Source: an uncultured Candidatus Saccharibacteria bacterium (GTDB taxonomy: Bacteria; Patescibacteriota; Minisyncoccia; Phycocordibacterales; DAORIS01). Taken from it: a stretch of DNA of 64,000 bases. Position 1 is the stretch's first letter. Each line of letters starts with the position of its first letter. A program made the position numbers and the translations under genes. The notes below the pieces were generated by a model. The model did not search any database and had not been told where the DNA came from. It saw nothing but the letters and a program-made list of their open reading frames with translations. This document shows, piece after piece, positions 9,479-18,424 of the stretch. The stretch is taken from assembly GCA_964644035.1 (NCBI GenBank), contig CAZXUH010000002.1, positions 104,881 through 168,880 of the forward strand, read 5' to 3'.

Positions 9479-10544
9479 TGTAGAGAAAAAACTTATACAA
9501 TGTTCTCGAGAAATTCGAGAAAGCTATGTTCTTAAAAAAGAAGAGCGTATTCGGATTTCCGAAAATGTGCTCAATCATGCTCATCAGAACGACCACAAGG
9601 CAAAAATCCCTTCTCCATATCACAAGGTCAAGTTCCCACATTTCTTTTTTATGAATTACAGCAGCATAGCTCTGCTTTGCATCTTTATATTTACTGGCGT
9701 ACTGTCATATGTAGCCGAAAATGCTCTCCCAGGAGACCCTCTCTACAATGTTAAGACCAATTTCAATGAAAATCTCCAGTCTATTTTGACGGTTTCTCCC
9801 GAATCCAATGCAAAGTTCCAAACAACTCTCGTAAAGAAGCGTCTTCAGGAAGCAGAAGATCTCGCAGCAGCAGACAAGCTCTCGGGCGACAATGAAAAGA
9901 CACTCGCTATCAATTTTGAGAAAAACTTTGAAGATTTTAAACAGTCTATACAAGAAGTAGACAATTCTCAGTCATCGATTGCTTTGCTTAAAATATCTGC
10001 AACAACGAGCAAGATGGCGGTCACCGCAAGCACTACAGAAGAATTTTTGACATATGATGCCAAGACAATTGGTTTCGAAGCGGCCAAAAAGCTTTCATAT
10101 GCTGCGCTTCATGCTATATCACAGTCACTTGAAGATGTAGATGTCGATAGTGTCTTCTCGTCTTCATCGACAGCCAAGATTTTGAAGTATTCTACGTCTT
10201 CAATGCCAGCAGAATTTAGTATATCTCTTGCTACGACAAGCGATATTATTGCTTCTTCATCAATCGTAGTTGCTTCGACATCTCTCAAAGCTATTTCTCA
10301 CAGTTTTGCTTTTGAAATGTATATTATCGACATGCAAATACAGGCCAATGATGCCATCGCGCTCCTTCGAAAGGGAGAATATGCAGCTGCTTTTGAAAAC
10401 TTCCAGGAAGTGCTCGTAAAAATAGATTTTATAAAAGAAAAACTTGCTTTGACCCAAGTTCTCAATATAGATAGTGAATTGTCTCCAGAAACAGCAACTT
10501 CGACTGCAACAACAACTCTTTCCACAAACGTCACGTCGTCATAG
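9471..10544 (+). CDS. single-pass membrane protein, putative cognate anti-sigma factor
   Basis: Overlaps the sigma factor stop by 8 nt. Roughly 90-aa cytoplasmic N-terminus, one TM (IALLCIFIFTGVLSYV), large S/T-rich extracytoplasmic domain. Confidence 0.4.
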   Translation: MNDVEKKLIQCSREIRESYVLKKEERIRISENVLNHAHQNDHKAKIPSPYHKVKFPHFFFMNYSSIALLCIFIFTGVLSYVAENALPGDPLYNVKTNFNENLQSILTVSPESNAKFQTTLVKKRLQEAEDLAAADKLSGDNEKTLAINFEKNFEDFKQSIQEVDNSQSSIALLKISATTSKMAVTASTTEEFLTYDAKTIGFEAAKKLSYAALHAISQSLEDVDVDSVFSSSSTAKILKYSTSSMPAEFSISLATTSDIIASSSIVVASTSLKAISHSFAFEMYIIDMQIQANDAIALLRKGEYAAAFENFQEVLVKIDFIKEKLALTQVLNIDSELSPETATSTATTTLSTNVTSS

Positions 10545-10553
10545 AATAAGTAG

Positions 10554-11147
10554 ATGGAACGGTTTTATATTCTCGTAACTGCACTCGGCAATCCCGAAGT
10601 GATACTCAGTATCTTTGCCTTTCTTTTTGTTGTTGTTCTTATCAATCATCGTAAACATATCGTCAAAACTTTTCTTGGTGCACTTTTGACGGGCATCATT
10701 GTCGCCTTTGCAGTCAAGGAATATATCCAATCGCCACGCCCGTACAGTGATCTTCTTTTATATTCGCATGGTTATTCTTTTCCAAGTGCTCATGCTCTTA
10801 TTGCCACTGTTACCTATGGCTTCATAGGTTTCTATCTCTGGCGACTTGTCGGTACTCGTCTAGCTCGTATTGCAGGTGTGGTTATCGGTGTTGGTATTCC
10901 ATTCCTAGTTGGCCTTTCACGCCTCTATTTGGGCGTACATAGGACGATCGATGTCGTGGCTGGATGGGGAATCGGAGCGATCATTTTGGCCTCATGGATC
11001 GTCCATTTGGTAAGAGCTCAGAGAAGGGAGACATATCAGCCACATTTGTCGCGTTTGTCACATTTGTTCCTATTCCTCGTCATAGTATCTGAGGTTGTAT
11101 TTATAAGCGTATCGCTCTATTTTTTCCAATCTCGGATACCACTGTAA
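10554..11147 (+). CDS. PAP2 family membrane phosphatase
   Basis: PAP2 motifs KxxxxxxRP (QSPRPY), PSAH (SFPSAHA) and SRxxxxxHxxxD (SRLYLGVHRTIDVVAG). Confidence 0.8.
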   Translation: MERFYILVTALGNPEVILSIFAFLFVVVLINHRKHIVKTFLGALLTGIIVAFAVKEYIQSPRPYSDLLLYSHGYSFPSAHALIATVTYGFIGFYLWRLVGTRLARIAGVVIGVGIPFLVGLSRLYLGVHRTIDVVAGWGIGAIILASWIVHLVRAQRRETYQPHLSRLSHLFLFLVIVSEVVFISVSLYFFQSRIPL

Positions 11148-11187
11148 GATGGTATAATTAAAAATAATAGTAATTAATAATATTTAT

Positions 11188-11997
11188 ATGGAACCAAAGC
11201 ACATAGCGTATAACAAGCCGATTCAAATCGCACTTCTCATTCTCTTGATTGTCGGCTGCGTCGCCAGCCTCAAGGGATTGGCATTCGGAAAGATGGGTAA
11301 GGGTAGTGCACTAGATAAGCCAACAATTGTTGTCTATGGTACGGGCGAAGTATACGCATCACCCGATGTTGCTATGGTTTCTTTTGAAGTTCGCAAGGAG
11401 TCAAAGACTGTTGCTGATGCTCAGGACCAGGTCAACAAGATTATGGCAGACGTAAAGGCAGGACTCATTGCAAAGGGTATTGAGGAAAAAGATATAAAGA
11501 CCCAGTACTACAGCACCTACCCAGTCTATGATTATGTTCAGACTCCAGCGGTATCATGCAGTCCCTCATATTGCCCTCCATCAGGACAAAATCAGGTTCT
11601 TCGTGGTTATGAAGTGTCACAGAGCATAGAAGTAAAGATCAGAAATATCGACACCAGTGGTGACATCATTAGTCTCCTTGGTACCAAGTCAGTTACAAAC
11701 ATCAGTGGTCTAAATTTCACAATCGACAATGAAGATGCAGTCAAAGCGACAGCTCGCCAGCAGGCTATCGATGAAGCCAAGGCAAAAGCTGAAGCTCTGG
11801 CAGATCAACTCGGCGTGAAGCTTGTCAGAATCGTCAACTTCAACGAAGATATCAGTCCTGCATATCCAATGATGTACGCTCGTGGTGGCGCAATGGATGC
11901 GGTCAAACTCGAATCAGCAGTAGGCAATCCAGCCGTCCTCCCAACAGGCGAGAACAAGATCATCTCCAACGTCTCTATCGTCTACGAGATCCGATAA
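11188..11997 (+). CDS. SIMPL/DUF541 family envelope protein (YggE-like)
   Basis: N-terminal anchor, then SIMPL-type repeats (ASPDVAMVSFEV..., YEVSQSIEVKIRN..., ARQQAIDEAKAKAEALA). Confidence 0.7.
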   Translation: MEPKHIAYNKPIQIALLILLIVGCVASLKGLAFGKMGKGSALDKPTIVVYGTGEVYASPDVAMVSFEVRKESKTVADAQDQVNKIMADVKAGLIAKGIEEKDIKTQYYSTYPVYDYVQTPAVSCSPSYCPPSGQNQVLRGYEVSQSIEVKIRNIDTSGDIISLLGTKSVTNISGLNFTIDNEDAVKATARQQAIDEAKAKAEALADQLGVKLVRIVNFNEDISPAYPMMYARGGAMDAVKLESAVGNPAVLPTGENKIISNVSIVYEIR

Positions 11998-12014
11998 TAC
12001 AACATTTCTCTCAC

Positions 12015-12045
12015 CAAAAACCCCTCAACTATGAGGGGTTTTTGT
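12015..12045 (+). terminator. intrinsic terminator after the SIMPL gene
   Basis: Hairpin CCCCTCA-ACTA-TGAGGGG followed by TTTTTG. Confidence 0.7.
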
Positions 12046-12068
12046 ATGTCTGGTTTGATATACTGACA

Positions 12069-12097
12069 ATTGACAATGTGTATTACTAGCGGTAATA
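12069..12097 (+). promoter_or_regulatory. sigma70-type promoter for secE-nusG-rplK
   Basis: TTGACA, 17-nt spacer, TAATAT, about 35 nt upstream of secE. A GC hairpin plus T5 follows (see findings). Confidence 0.6.
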
Positions 12098-12134
12098 TGG
12101 GTGCATATTAGCCCCTCGGGGCTTTTTAATTAAC

Positions 12135-12320
12135 ATGAGCATCAACGACTATATCAGGGAAACACGAGCAGAAATGAAGCATGTCGTCTGGCCTACACGA
12201 GCCCAGACTATCGCTTACTCTCTGGCCGTCATTATTATTTCATTGGTAGTAGCAGCTATTCTTGGTGGGGCAGACAGCATCTTTAGCGTCGTTCTCAAGA
12301 GGCTTCTCGGAGCAGAATAA
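12135..12320 (+). CDS. secE: preprotein translocase subunit SecE
   Basis: 61 aa with a single TM and the conserved VVWP motif. Sits in the canonical position before nusG. Confidence 0.9.
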   Translation: MSINDYIRETRAEMKHVVWPTRAQTIAYSLAVIIISLVVAAILGGADSIFSVVLKRLLGAE

Positions 12321-12331
12321 TCATTATTTAA

Positions 12332-12877
12332 ATGTCGAAGCAAAAAATAGACGAAGGTAGAAATTGGTACGTTATTCATACCTATGCTGGCTATGAAAAT
12401 GCCGTGGCCCGCAATCTCAAGCAGCGCATCGAGTCCCTCAACATGCAGGACAAGATTTTCAACGTGCTCGTACCGACTGAAAAGAAGATCAAGGTCAAGG
12501 CAAGCAAGCGCGTCGAGGAAGAAGAAAAAATCTATCCTGGCTACATTCTTGTAGAAATGACCGTGACTGATGATTCTTGGTATGTTGTGCGCAATACTCC
12601 TCGCGTAACAGGCTTCGTCGGCTCAGGCGTCTATCCGGTACCTATTGATAAGAAAGAAATCGATTCTCTCTTTGCTCGCATGAATGCCGGTACTCCAAAA
12701 CACAATATCGATCTCGAAGTCGACGACCAGGTTCGCATTGCAGATGGTCCGTTCAAGGATCTCGAAGGCAAGGTCAATGAAATCGATGATGAACGAGGCA
12801 AGGTCAAGGTTCTCGTCAACATGTTCGGCCGCGAAACGCCGGTAGAACTCGATTTCTTGCAAGTGCACAAAATCTAG
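12332..12877 (+). CDS. nusG: transcription termination/antitermination factor NusG
   Basis: NGN domain (WYVIHTYAGYE) and C-terminal KOW motif (GPFKDLEGKV). Confidence 0.92.
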   Translation: MSKQKIDEGRNWYVIHTYAGYENAVARNLKQRIESLNMQDKIFNVLVPTEKKIKVKASKRVEEEEKIYPGYILVEMTVTDDSWYVVRNTPRVTGFVGSGVYPVPIDKKEIDSLFARMNAGTPKHNIDLEVDDQVRIADGPFKDLEGKVNEIDDERGKVKVLVNMFGRETPVELDFLQVHKI

Positions 12878-12901
12878 TGTAGTCTAAGCATTCCAAATAT
12901 T

Positions 12902-13324
12902 ATGGCAAAAACAGTCAAGAAAACATTAAAAATGATCATCCCAGCCGGCAAGGCAACTCCTGCGCCGCCAATTGGTCCTACCATTGGTCAGGCTGGTATC
13001 AACATTGGTGAATTCGTAAAACAGTTCAACGATAAATCTGCAAAGATGGCAGGTGATACAGTTACCGCAGTTGTTTCAGTCTACGACGACCGATCATTTA
13101 GCATTGCTATCAAAACTCCTCCAGCAAGCTCACTTATTCTCAAAGCCATCAAAGCAGAGAAGGGATCAGGCAAAAACAAGGCTTCAAAAGCTGGAACGAT
13201 CACCAAAGCTCAGGTGCGCGAAATTGCCGAGAAGAAACTCGTCGATCTCAACGCTCACGATGTAGAAGCTGCAATGAAAATCATCGAAGGTTCAGCCCGC
13301 TCAATGGGTGTGGAAGTAAAGTAA
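12902..13324 (+). CDS. rplK: 50S ribosomal protein L11
   Basis: PAGKATPAPPIGP(T)IGQ(A)GIN, the L11 N-terminal signature. Confidence 0.95.
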   Translation: MAKTVKKTLKMIIPAGKATPAPPIGPTIGQAGINIGEFVKQFNDKSAKMAGDTVTAVVSVYDDRSFSIAIKTPPASSLILKAIKAEKGSGKNKASKAGTITKAQVREIAEKKLVDLNAHDVEAAMKIIEGSARSMGVEVK

Positions 13325-13819
13325 TTAGACTCTCTCTAATTGAACGTAAGAATAGGGGACTGGCTCATTTGAGTGGTCCTCTTCTTGCTTTTTATGCTTA
13401 AATTCAGAATAGTCGGGGAAGAAGACATTGGCTTTTTCATGGGCATCGACAAGTGTCAGGTAGAGTCTGTCGGTCATGGGTAGTGCGGCAGTGTATATTT
13501 CTCCGCCTCCAATGATAAATATTTCATTGGAGTCTATTTTTTTTGCTATTGCAATCGCTTCATCGATCGACGAACACACCGTGCAGCCAGGAGCAGAGTA
13601 GTTGGCATTGCGAGTGATTATAATATTTGTTCTTTCAGGCAATGGACGGCCTATTGATTCGTACGTCTTTCTTCCCATAATAATTGGGTGATTGAGCGTG
13701 AGCCTTTTAAATCTTTTAAGATCTTCTGATATTTTCCAGAGCAGAGAACTGTCATAACCGATACCTCGATCGGTCTTTTGAAGTGCTGCAATAATACTGA
13801 TAGTAGGTTTTTTGTCCAT
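13325..13819 (-). CDS. folA: dihydrofolate reductase (ORF extends to 13837; start taken at the MDKK Met)
   Basis: DHFR motifs: ISIIAA...GIG, LPW, and the GRKT(Y/W)ESIG glycine-rich loop. Its stop codon directly abuts the rplK stop. Confidence 0.85.
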   Translation of the reverse strand: MDKKPTISIIAALQKTDRGIGYDSSLLWKISEDLKRFKRLTLNHPIIMGRKTYESIGRPLPERTNIIITRNANYSAPGCTVCSSIDEAIAIAKKIDSNEIFIIGGGEIYTAALPMTDRLYLTLVDAHEKANVFFPDYSEFKHKKQEEDHSNEPVPYSYVQLERV

Positions 13820-13862
13820 GATTGACCTTGGACCCATTATACATATACTTAAGTTAAATTAC

Positions 13863-14501
13863 ATGTATATGCCAAAAACCATCAAATCACCGAAGTCAAA
13901 AAAGGCAGCAAAAGTAGATTTAAGGAGTGTTTTGGACGCTAAAACAAATCTAAAAGATCGATTTGTTCTCAATTACAAAGAACTTTCTCCAGTTGTGGCT
14001 ATGCTTAAGCAGGCAGGTTATAGGATAGTTCTAACTCAAGGTGTGTGGGATCTCATTCACGAAGGACATGCGCTGTATCTAGAAGCTGCAAAATCTCTAG
14101 GTGATATTTTGATTGTCGGTGTTGACTCCGATGAACTCACACGTCGCCGCAAAGGGCCAAATCGTCCTATTGTTCCACAGGGTGAGCGAGTAAAAATGCT
14201 CGTGCACCTTAGGCATGTCGATCTCGTAACACTTCGCGAAGCCGATCAGGGTATTGGCGATCTTATCAAGCTCGTGCGTCCCGATGTACTTATTACTTCG
14301 GAGTCGACTAAAGATTTTACTAGGGATCAGATGAAACAGTATGGTAGTTATTGTGGCAAAATTGTAACATTGCCTCCACAGGCTGCTACTTCGACAACGG
14401 CACGTGTAAGAATGCTGGCTATAGAAGGAGCTGAAAAACTTGCAACAGAGGTTTCAAAACTCACTCATGAATTCCTCGAGAAAATAAGAAAAGGATTCTA
14501 A
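13863..14501 (+). CDS. HxGH-motif nucleotidyltransferase (cytidylyl/adenylyltransferase, RfaE-domain-II / HldE-C / TagD-like)
   Basis: GVWDLIHEGH (HIGH-type motif), then RRKGPNRPIVPQGER...LVHLRHVDLV...LIKLVRPDVLI...STT, which lines up with heptose-1-P adenylyltransferase domains. Confidence 0.55.
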   Translation: MYMPKTIKSPKSKKAAKVDLRSVLDAKTNLKDRFVLNYKELSPVVAMLKQAGYRIVLTQGVWDLIHEGHALYLEAAKSLGDILIVGVDSDELTRRRKGPNRPIVPQGERVKMLVHLRHVDLVTLREADQGIGDLIKLVRPDVLITSESTKDFTRDQMKQYGSYCGKIVTLPPQAATSTTARVRMLAIEGAEKLATEVSKLTHEFLEKIRKGF

Positions 14502-15331
14502 TGGATAAAAAGACAATCATTGCGTACATACCGGCGCTTCACAAGGGATATATTGATTTCTTAAAAAAACAATCAGGTAAGCTTCTGATCCTTGATCTCG
14601 ATTTGGTTAGAGAAATGCCACGTCTAGAAAGGGATATTAGAGCTATCTCAGCACAAGAAATGCAGAAAAGCATTGAGGTTTTGAATATATGCGATTCTGT
14701 CGAAGTGCTGGATAAGAAGGGAATGGCTGCGGTATCAAAAACAGAACATATCGTCATGCCCGATGAAGATGTCAGCCGTTTTTTCGCAGAACAGTACCTT
14801 AAAGATAATAAAATTAGTTATGAATCTGTATTTTTGCGTTGGGACAAACAAATATCAACTGTAGAACGTATTGTCCCAGAGGGCAGGGTAATATCCGCAG
14901 AACATTTCGATAAAGAAATCATGACCAAGGCTTTTACCGATGCAAAGAAAAGTTCTGATTGGTGGAGACAGATTGGAGCGGTGGTAGTCAAAGATGACAA
15001 ACCTATTCTTGTCGGGCACAACAAACCTCTTCCTTCAGATCAGGTCCACAATATTTTTGGAGATCCTCGAAGCAATTTTGATGCAGGACAAAATATAGAG
15101 CTTTCAAAATTTGTACATGCAGAAGCAAGTCTGATTGCCGAAGCAGCTAAGAGAGGAATAAGTCTTGAAGGTGCCTCAATCTATGTCACCACTTTTCCTT
15201 GTCCGGTGTGTGCAAAATCTGTGGCTTTGGCAGGTATACGCAAAGTATATTACACCAATGGATACTCCCTTCTAGATGCAGAAGACGTTCTTAAATCTTT
15301 CGGTATCGATATCGTAAAAGTAAATCTCTAA
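14501..15331 (+). CDS. dCMP (deoxycytidylate) deaminase with an approximately 130-aa N-terminal domain of unknown function
   Basis: C-terminal CDA-fold zinc motifs HAEASLI and PCPVCAK. The N-terminal 130 aa have no recognisable motif. The start (ATG) overlaps the upstream stop as TAATG. Confidence 0.75.
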   Translation: MDKKTIIAYIPALHKGYIDFLKKQSGKLLILDLDLVREMPRLERDIRAISAQEMQKSIEVLNICDSVEVLDKKGMAAVSKTEHIVMPDEDVSRFFAEQYLKDNKISYESVFLRWDKQISTVERIVPEGRVISAEHFDKEIMTKAFTDAKKSSDWWRQIGAVVVKDDKPILVGHNKPLPSDQVHNIFGDPRSNFDAGQNIELSKFVHAEASLIAEAAKRGISLEGASIYVTTFPCPVCAKSVALAGIRKVYYTNGYSLLDAEDVLKSFGIDIVKVNL

Positions 15332-15784
15332 TTAGCCAACGCGAGCCATGATGGGTGTATAGGTATTTGCAAATGGGTCGGACATTATAATGTGCGCATG
15401 TAAGTGACTGACACTGGCTCCTGTGTATTTTGTATCACCAAAGCGAATGAAGCAGGTACCACCTTTTATATCGAAATCCTTTTCAATATCACTGACCAAA
15501 GTATGAAATTCTGACCAAGCTTCAGGACGTATGTCTGAAATATCAACAATATGTTTTTTGTGAATAAAAAGTATGTGCAGAGCCGCACCTTTGTACGGAT
15601 ACATATTTTTTGTTGCCAACCACGATGTAGTCTCTCTCAGAATAGGATTTTTATGATATTTTTCCAATTGCTCAGGACAAAAAGGGCATACGCCATCTTT
15701 CTGTATCTGTTCAATGACGTTGTTGTAGCCGCTTTCTTTGTCTCTCTTTGAATTATCGAGATTTACGTATGAAGGATTGGTCAT
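15332..15784 (-). CDS. HIT superfamily protein, GalT/Ap4A-phosphorylase-like branch, with Cys zinc knuckle
   Basis: CPFCP plus the histidine triad HLHAHII. 150 aa, a single HIT domain. Confidence 0.6.
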   Translation of the reverse strand: MTNPSYVNLDNSKRDKESGYNNVIEQIQKDGVCPFCPEQLEKYHKNPILRETTSWLATKNMYPYKGAALHILFIHKKHIVDISDIRPEAWSEFHTLVSDIEKDFDIKGGTCFIRFGDTKYTGASVSHLHAHIIMSDPFANTYTPIMARVG

Positions 15785-15785
15785 A

Positions 15786-16721
15786 TTAAATCGGTGTTGG
15801 AATGCTCATCTTGGAATGTGGTTCGTAGTCTTCAAGAGTGAAGTGTTCTGGCCTAAAATCAAAAATATCCTTGATATCAGTATTTATTTTCATGGTTGGA
15901 AGTTTGCGTGGTTCTCGAGCAAGAAGTTCGCGGACTTTGTCATACTGACTTTCATACATATGCGCATCAGAGAAGGTATAGACTATTTCTTTGAATGAAT
16001 AATTTGTAAGATGGGCAATCATCAGTCCAAATGCTGCATACTGAATCATGTTGAACGGCACTCCAACTGGAAAATCACCTGATCGTTGAAAATGGTGAAT
16101 GCTTATTTCTTTGGTTTCTGGGAAAGCTAAGACATGAATCCAGCCGTGGCAGGGAGCGACGACGACTTTGCGGGTCAATCCTTCATGCTGAATGGTGTAT
16201 TGAGGAATCCAAGGGCTTATAAAATGCGTGCGTAGGTATGGCCTTTCTTTTATTTGCTGCACCACGTGGGCGATTTGATTGAAAGGTGCGCCTTCTTTGG
16301 TAGGGAATGTAGCCCAGGCTGCACCGTATGATCCATCTCCAAGATCGCCTGTAGGCAAGTCGAAGATATCGCATTTTTCTTTAGTGACCCATTTGCTCCA
16401 CCATTTGCAGCCAAATTTTTCCAGTTCTGCCTGAGTACGTGCTCCATGTAGAAAGGCAATATGTTCGGCTAGTGCTCCGGTGAATAGCGGGCCAGACAGA
16501 TCACGTTCACCAATAATAGGAAAACCGTTTTTCAAATCATATCGTAGCTGTATTCCCATAATCATTTTTGCTTTCTCACCGTGAATCGGTTTTACTTCGT
16601 GTCCTTGTTCGAGAATGCGTCTCAATGCATCTTGGTACTGACTATCGGGTGTACGTTCGTTGAGTGGTTTCATAATTTTATATTCTACACTACGAGGGTA
16701 ACGCTGTGCGAATTGCGCCAC
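15786..16721 (-). CDS. thyA: thymidylate synthase family protein (ThyA-like, divergent)
   Basis: Catalytic Cys in VAPCHGW, FQRSGD (R166/S167/D169 equivalents), PFNM (Asn for uracil), DAHMY and REPRKLP, with a ThyA-like C-terminus. The R21 and R127 equivalents are not conserved. Confidence 0.7.
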   Translation of the reverse strand: MAQFAQRYPRSVEYKIMKPLNERTPDSQYQDALRRILEQGHEVKPIHGEKAKMIMGIQLRYDLKNGFPIIGERDLSGPLFTGALAEHIAFLHGARTQAELEKFGCKWWSKWVTKEKCDIFDLPTGDLGDGSYGAAWATFPTKEGAPFNQIAHVVQQIKERPYLRTHFISPWIPQYTIQHEGLTRKVVVAPCHGWIHVLAFPETKEISIHHFQRSGDFPVGVPFNMIQYAAFGLMIAHLTNYSFKEIVYTFSDAHMYESQYDKVRELLAREPRKLPTMKINTDIKDIFDFRPEHFTLEDYEPHSKMSIPTPI

Positions 16722-16800
16722 AACAATAGTCTATTTGTACAATCTTTATATCTGTGGTCTAAAACTTCATTCTTATATATCTGCATGCTAAACTGGCTTT

Positions 16801-17988
16801 ATGAAAGACGCTCAAATCAAAAAACTGATTGATTCGGAAAAGAAGCGCCAGAAGAAGGTTATCAATCTCATCGCCTCTGAAAACTATGTTTCAAAGGATG
16901 TTCTCGAAGCTCTCGGCTCAGAACTGACCAATAAATACGCTGAAGGCTATCCAGGCAAGCGCTACTATGGTGGACAGACATTTGTCGACAAGATTGAAAC
17001 TCTCTGTATTGATCGTGCACTCAGTCTTTTCAATCTCCGTGCCAAAGAATGGCATGTAAATGTCCAAGCACTCTCTGGTTCGCCGGCAAATCTGGCTGTA
17101 TACACCGCACTCGTACCGCTTGGCGGTCAGGGCAAGATTATGGGTATGTCACTCGATCATGGTGGACATCTTACTCACGGTCACAAGGCTTCGGCTACAG
17201 GCAAAATGTGGACGCAGATTCCATATGGCGTAGATCCTAAGACTGAAATGATTGATTATGAAAATATCAGACAGATCGCTCTTAGGGAAAAGCCGCACAT
17301 TATCGTTGCTGGATTTACCGCATACCCTCGCATGATCGATTGGAAAAAATTTAGACAAATTGCCGATGCGGCTGGAGCGCTGCTTATGGTAGACATGTCG
17401 CATATTGCAGGATTAGTCGCCGGCGAAGCGTATCCAAGTCCTTTTCATTATGCTGATATTGTTACGACTACTACGCACAAGACACTTCGCGGACCGCGCA
17501 GCGCTATGATTTTTGCAAAGAAAGACAATCGCGAACTCGATAAGAAAATTGACAAGGCAGTGTTCCCAGGTCTTCAGGGAGGTCCGCATATGAATCAGAT
17601 TGCGGCTATTGCCATCACTCTTCGCGAGGACAACACTCCTTCATATAGAAAATATGCTCATCAGGTTATTAAAAATGCCAAGCGTCTAGCAGAAGAGCTC
17701 ACAAAAAGAGGTTGGAGAGTGGTTTCAGGGGGTACCGATACTCACTTGATCCTTTTGGATACATGGATGAGTGGTCAGGGTGTGTCTGGCAAAGAGGCGA
17801 GTGATCTTTTGGAAAAAGAAAATATTATCGTCAATAAAAATACTATTCCCGGAGAAACACGTTCACCTATGGATCCGTCTGGTATTCGTCTTGGCACTGC
17901 AGCAGAAACAACTCGCGGCAAAAAAGAAAAAGACATGGTCAAGATTGCTGACAAGATAGACAAAATACTTAAGAAAGGTAAACGCTAG
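16801..17988 (+). CDS. glyA: serine hydroxymethyltransferase
   Basis: SHMT motifs: IASENY, and the PLP-binding THKTLRGPR with lysine. Confidence 0.95.
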   Translation: MKDAQIKKLIDSEKKRQKKVINLIASENYVSKDVLEALGSELTNKYAEGYPGKRYYGGQTFVDKIETLCIDRALSLFNLRAKEWHVNVQALSGSPANLAVYTALVPLGGQGKIMGMSLDHGGHLTHGHKASATGKMWTQIPYGVDPKTEMIDYENIRQIALREKPHIIVAGFTAYPRMIDWKKFRQIADAAGALLMVDMSHIAGLVAGEAYPSPFHYADIVTTTTHKTLRGPRSAMIFAKKDNRELDKKIDKAVFPGLQGGPHMNQIAAIAITLREDNTPSYRKYAHQVIKNAKRLAEELTKRGWRVVSGGTDTHLILLDTWMSGQGVSGKEASDLLEKENIIVNKNTIPGETRSPMDPSGIRLGTAAETTRGKKEKDMVKIADKIDKILKKGKR

Positions 17989-17994
17989 TCTCTA

Positions 17995-18423
17995 ATGTCC
18001 ATAACCGTCAAAATCAAGCGTCTTCATGCCGATGCAAAGCTGCCTTCATATGCGCACTCGGGCGACGCTGGTATGGATATTTTTGCTCAGGAAAAAACAA
18101 TTATTAAAAGGGGCCAGATCGCAAAGATCGGCACTGGTGTTTCGATGGAACTTCCCGAAGGATATGTGGCACTTGTGTGGGATAAAAGCGGTCTTGCTTC
18201 TAACTATGGTCTCAAAAACCTTGGTGGTGTGATCGACGCTGGGTATCGTGGTGAATATTTTATTACGCTCGTCAATCTCGGCAATGAAGACTATACTATC
18301 GATAAGCATCACAAGATTGCCCAAATTCTCATTCAGAAGGTAGAGCATCCGATGCTTGAAGAAGTAGAAGTGCTTAGTGATACGTCGAGGGGACAGGGAG
18401 GATTTGGCAGTACGGGTAAATAA
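17995..18423 (+). CDS. dut: dUTP diphosphatase
   Basis: 142 aa with the dUTPase motifs AGMD(I/L), GVID.GYRGE and the C-terminal SxRGxGGFGSTG. Confidence 0.92.
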   Translation: MSITVKIKRLHADAKLPSYAHSGDAGMDIFAQEKTIIKRGQIAKIGTGVSMELPEGYVALVWDKSGLASNYGLKNLGGVIDAGYRGEYFITLVNLGNEDYTIDKHHKIAQILIQKVEHPMLEEVEVLSDTSRGQGGFGSTGK

Positions 18424-18424
18424 T

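Noticed and set aside
13053-13265. 70-aa ORF inside rplK in an alternate frame
   Set aside because: It is embedded in the canonical L11 coding sequence. Gln/Leu/Ser-rich, no support.
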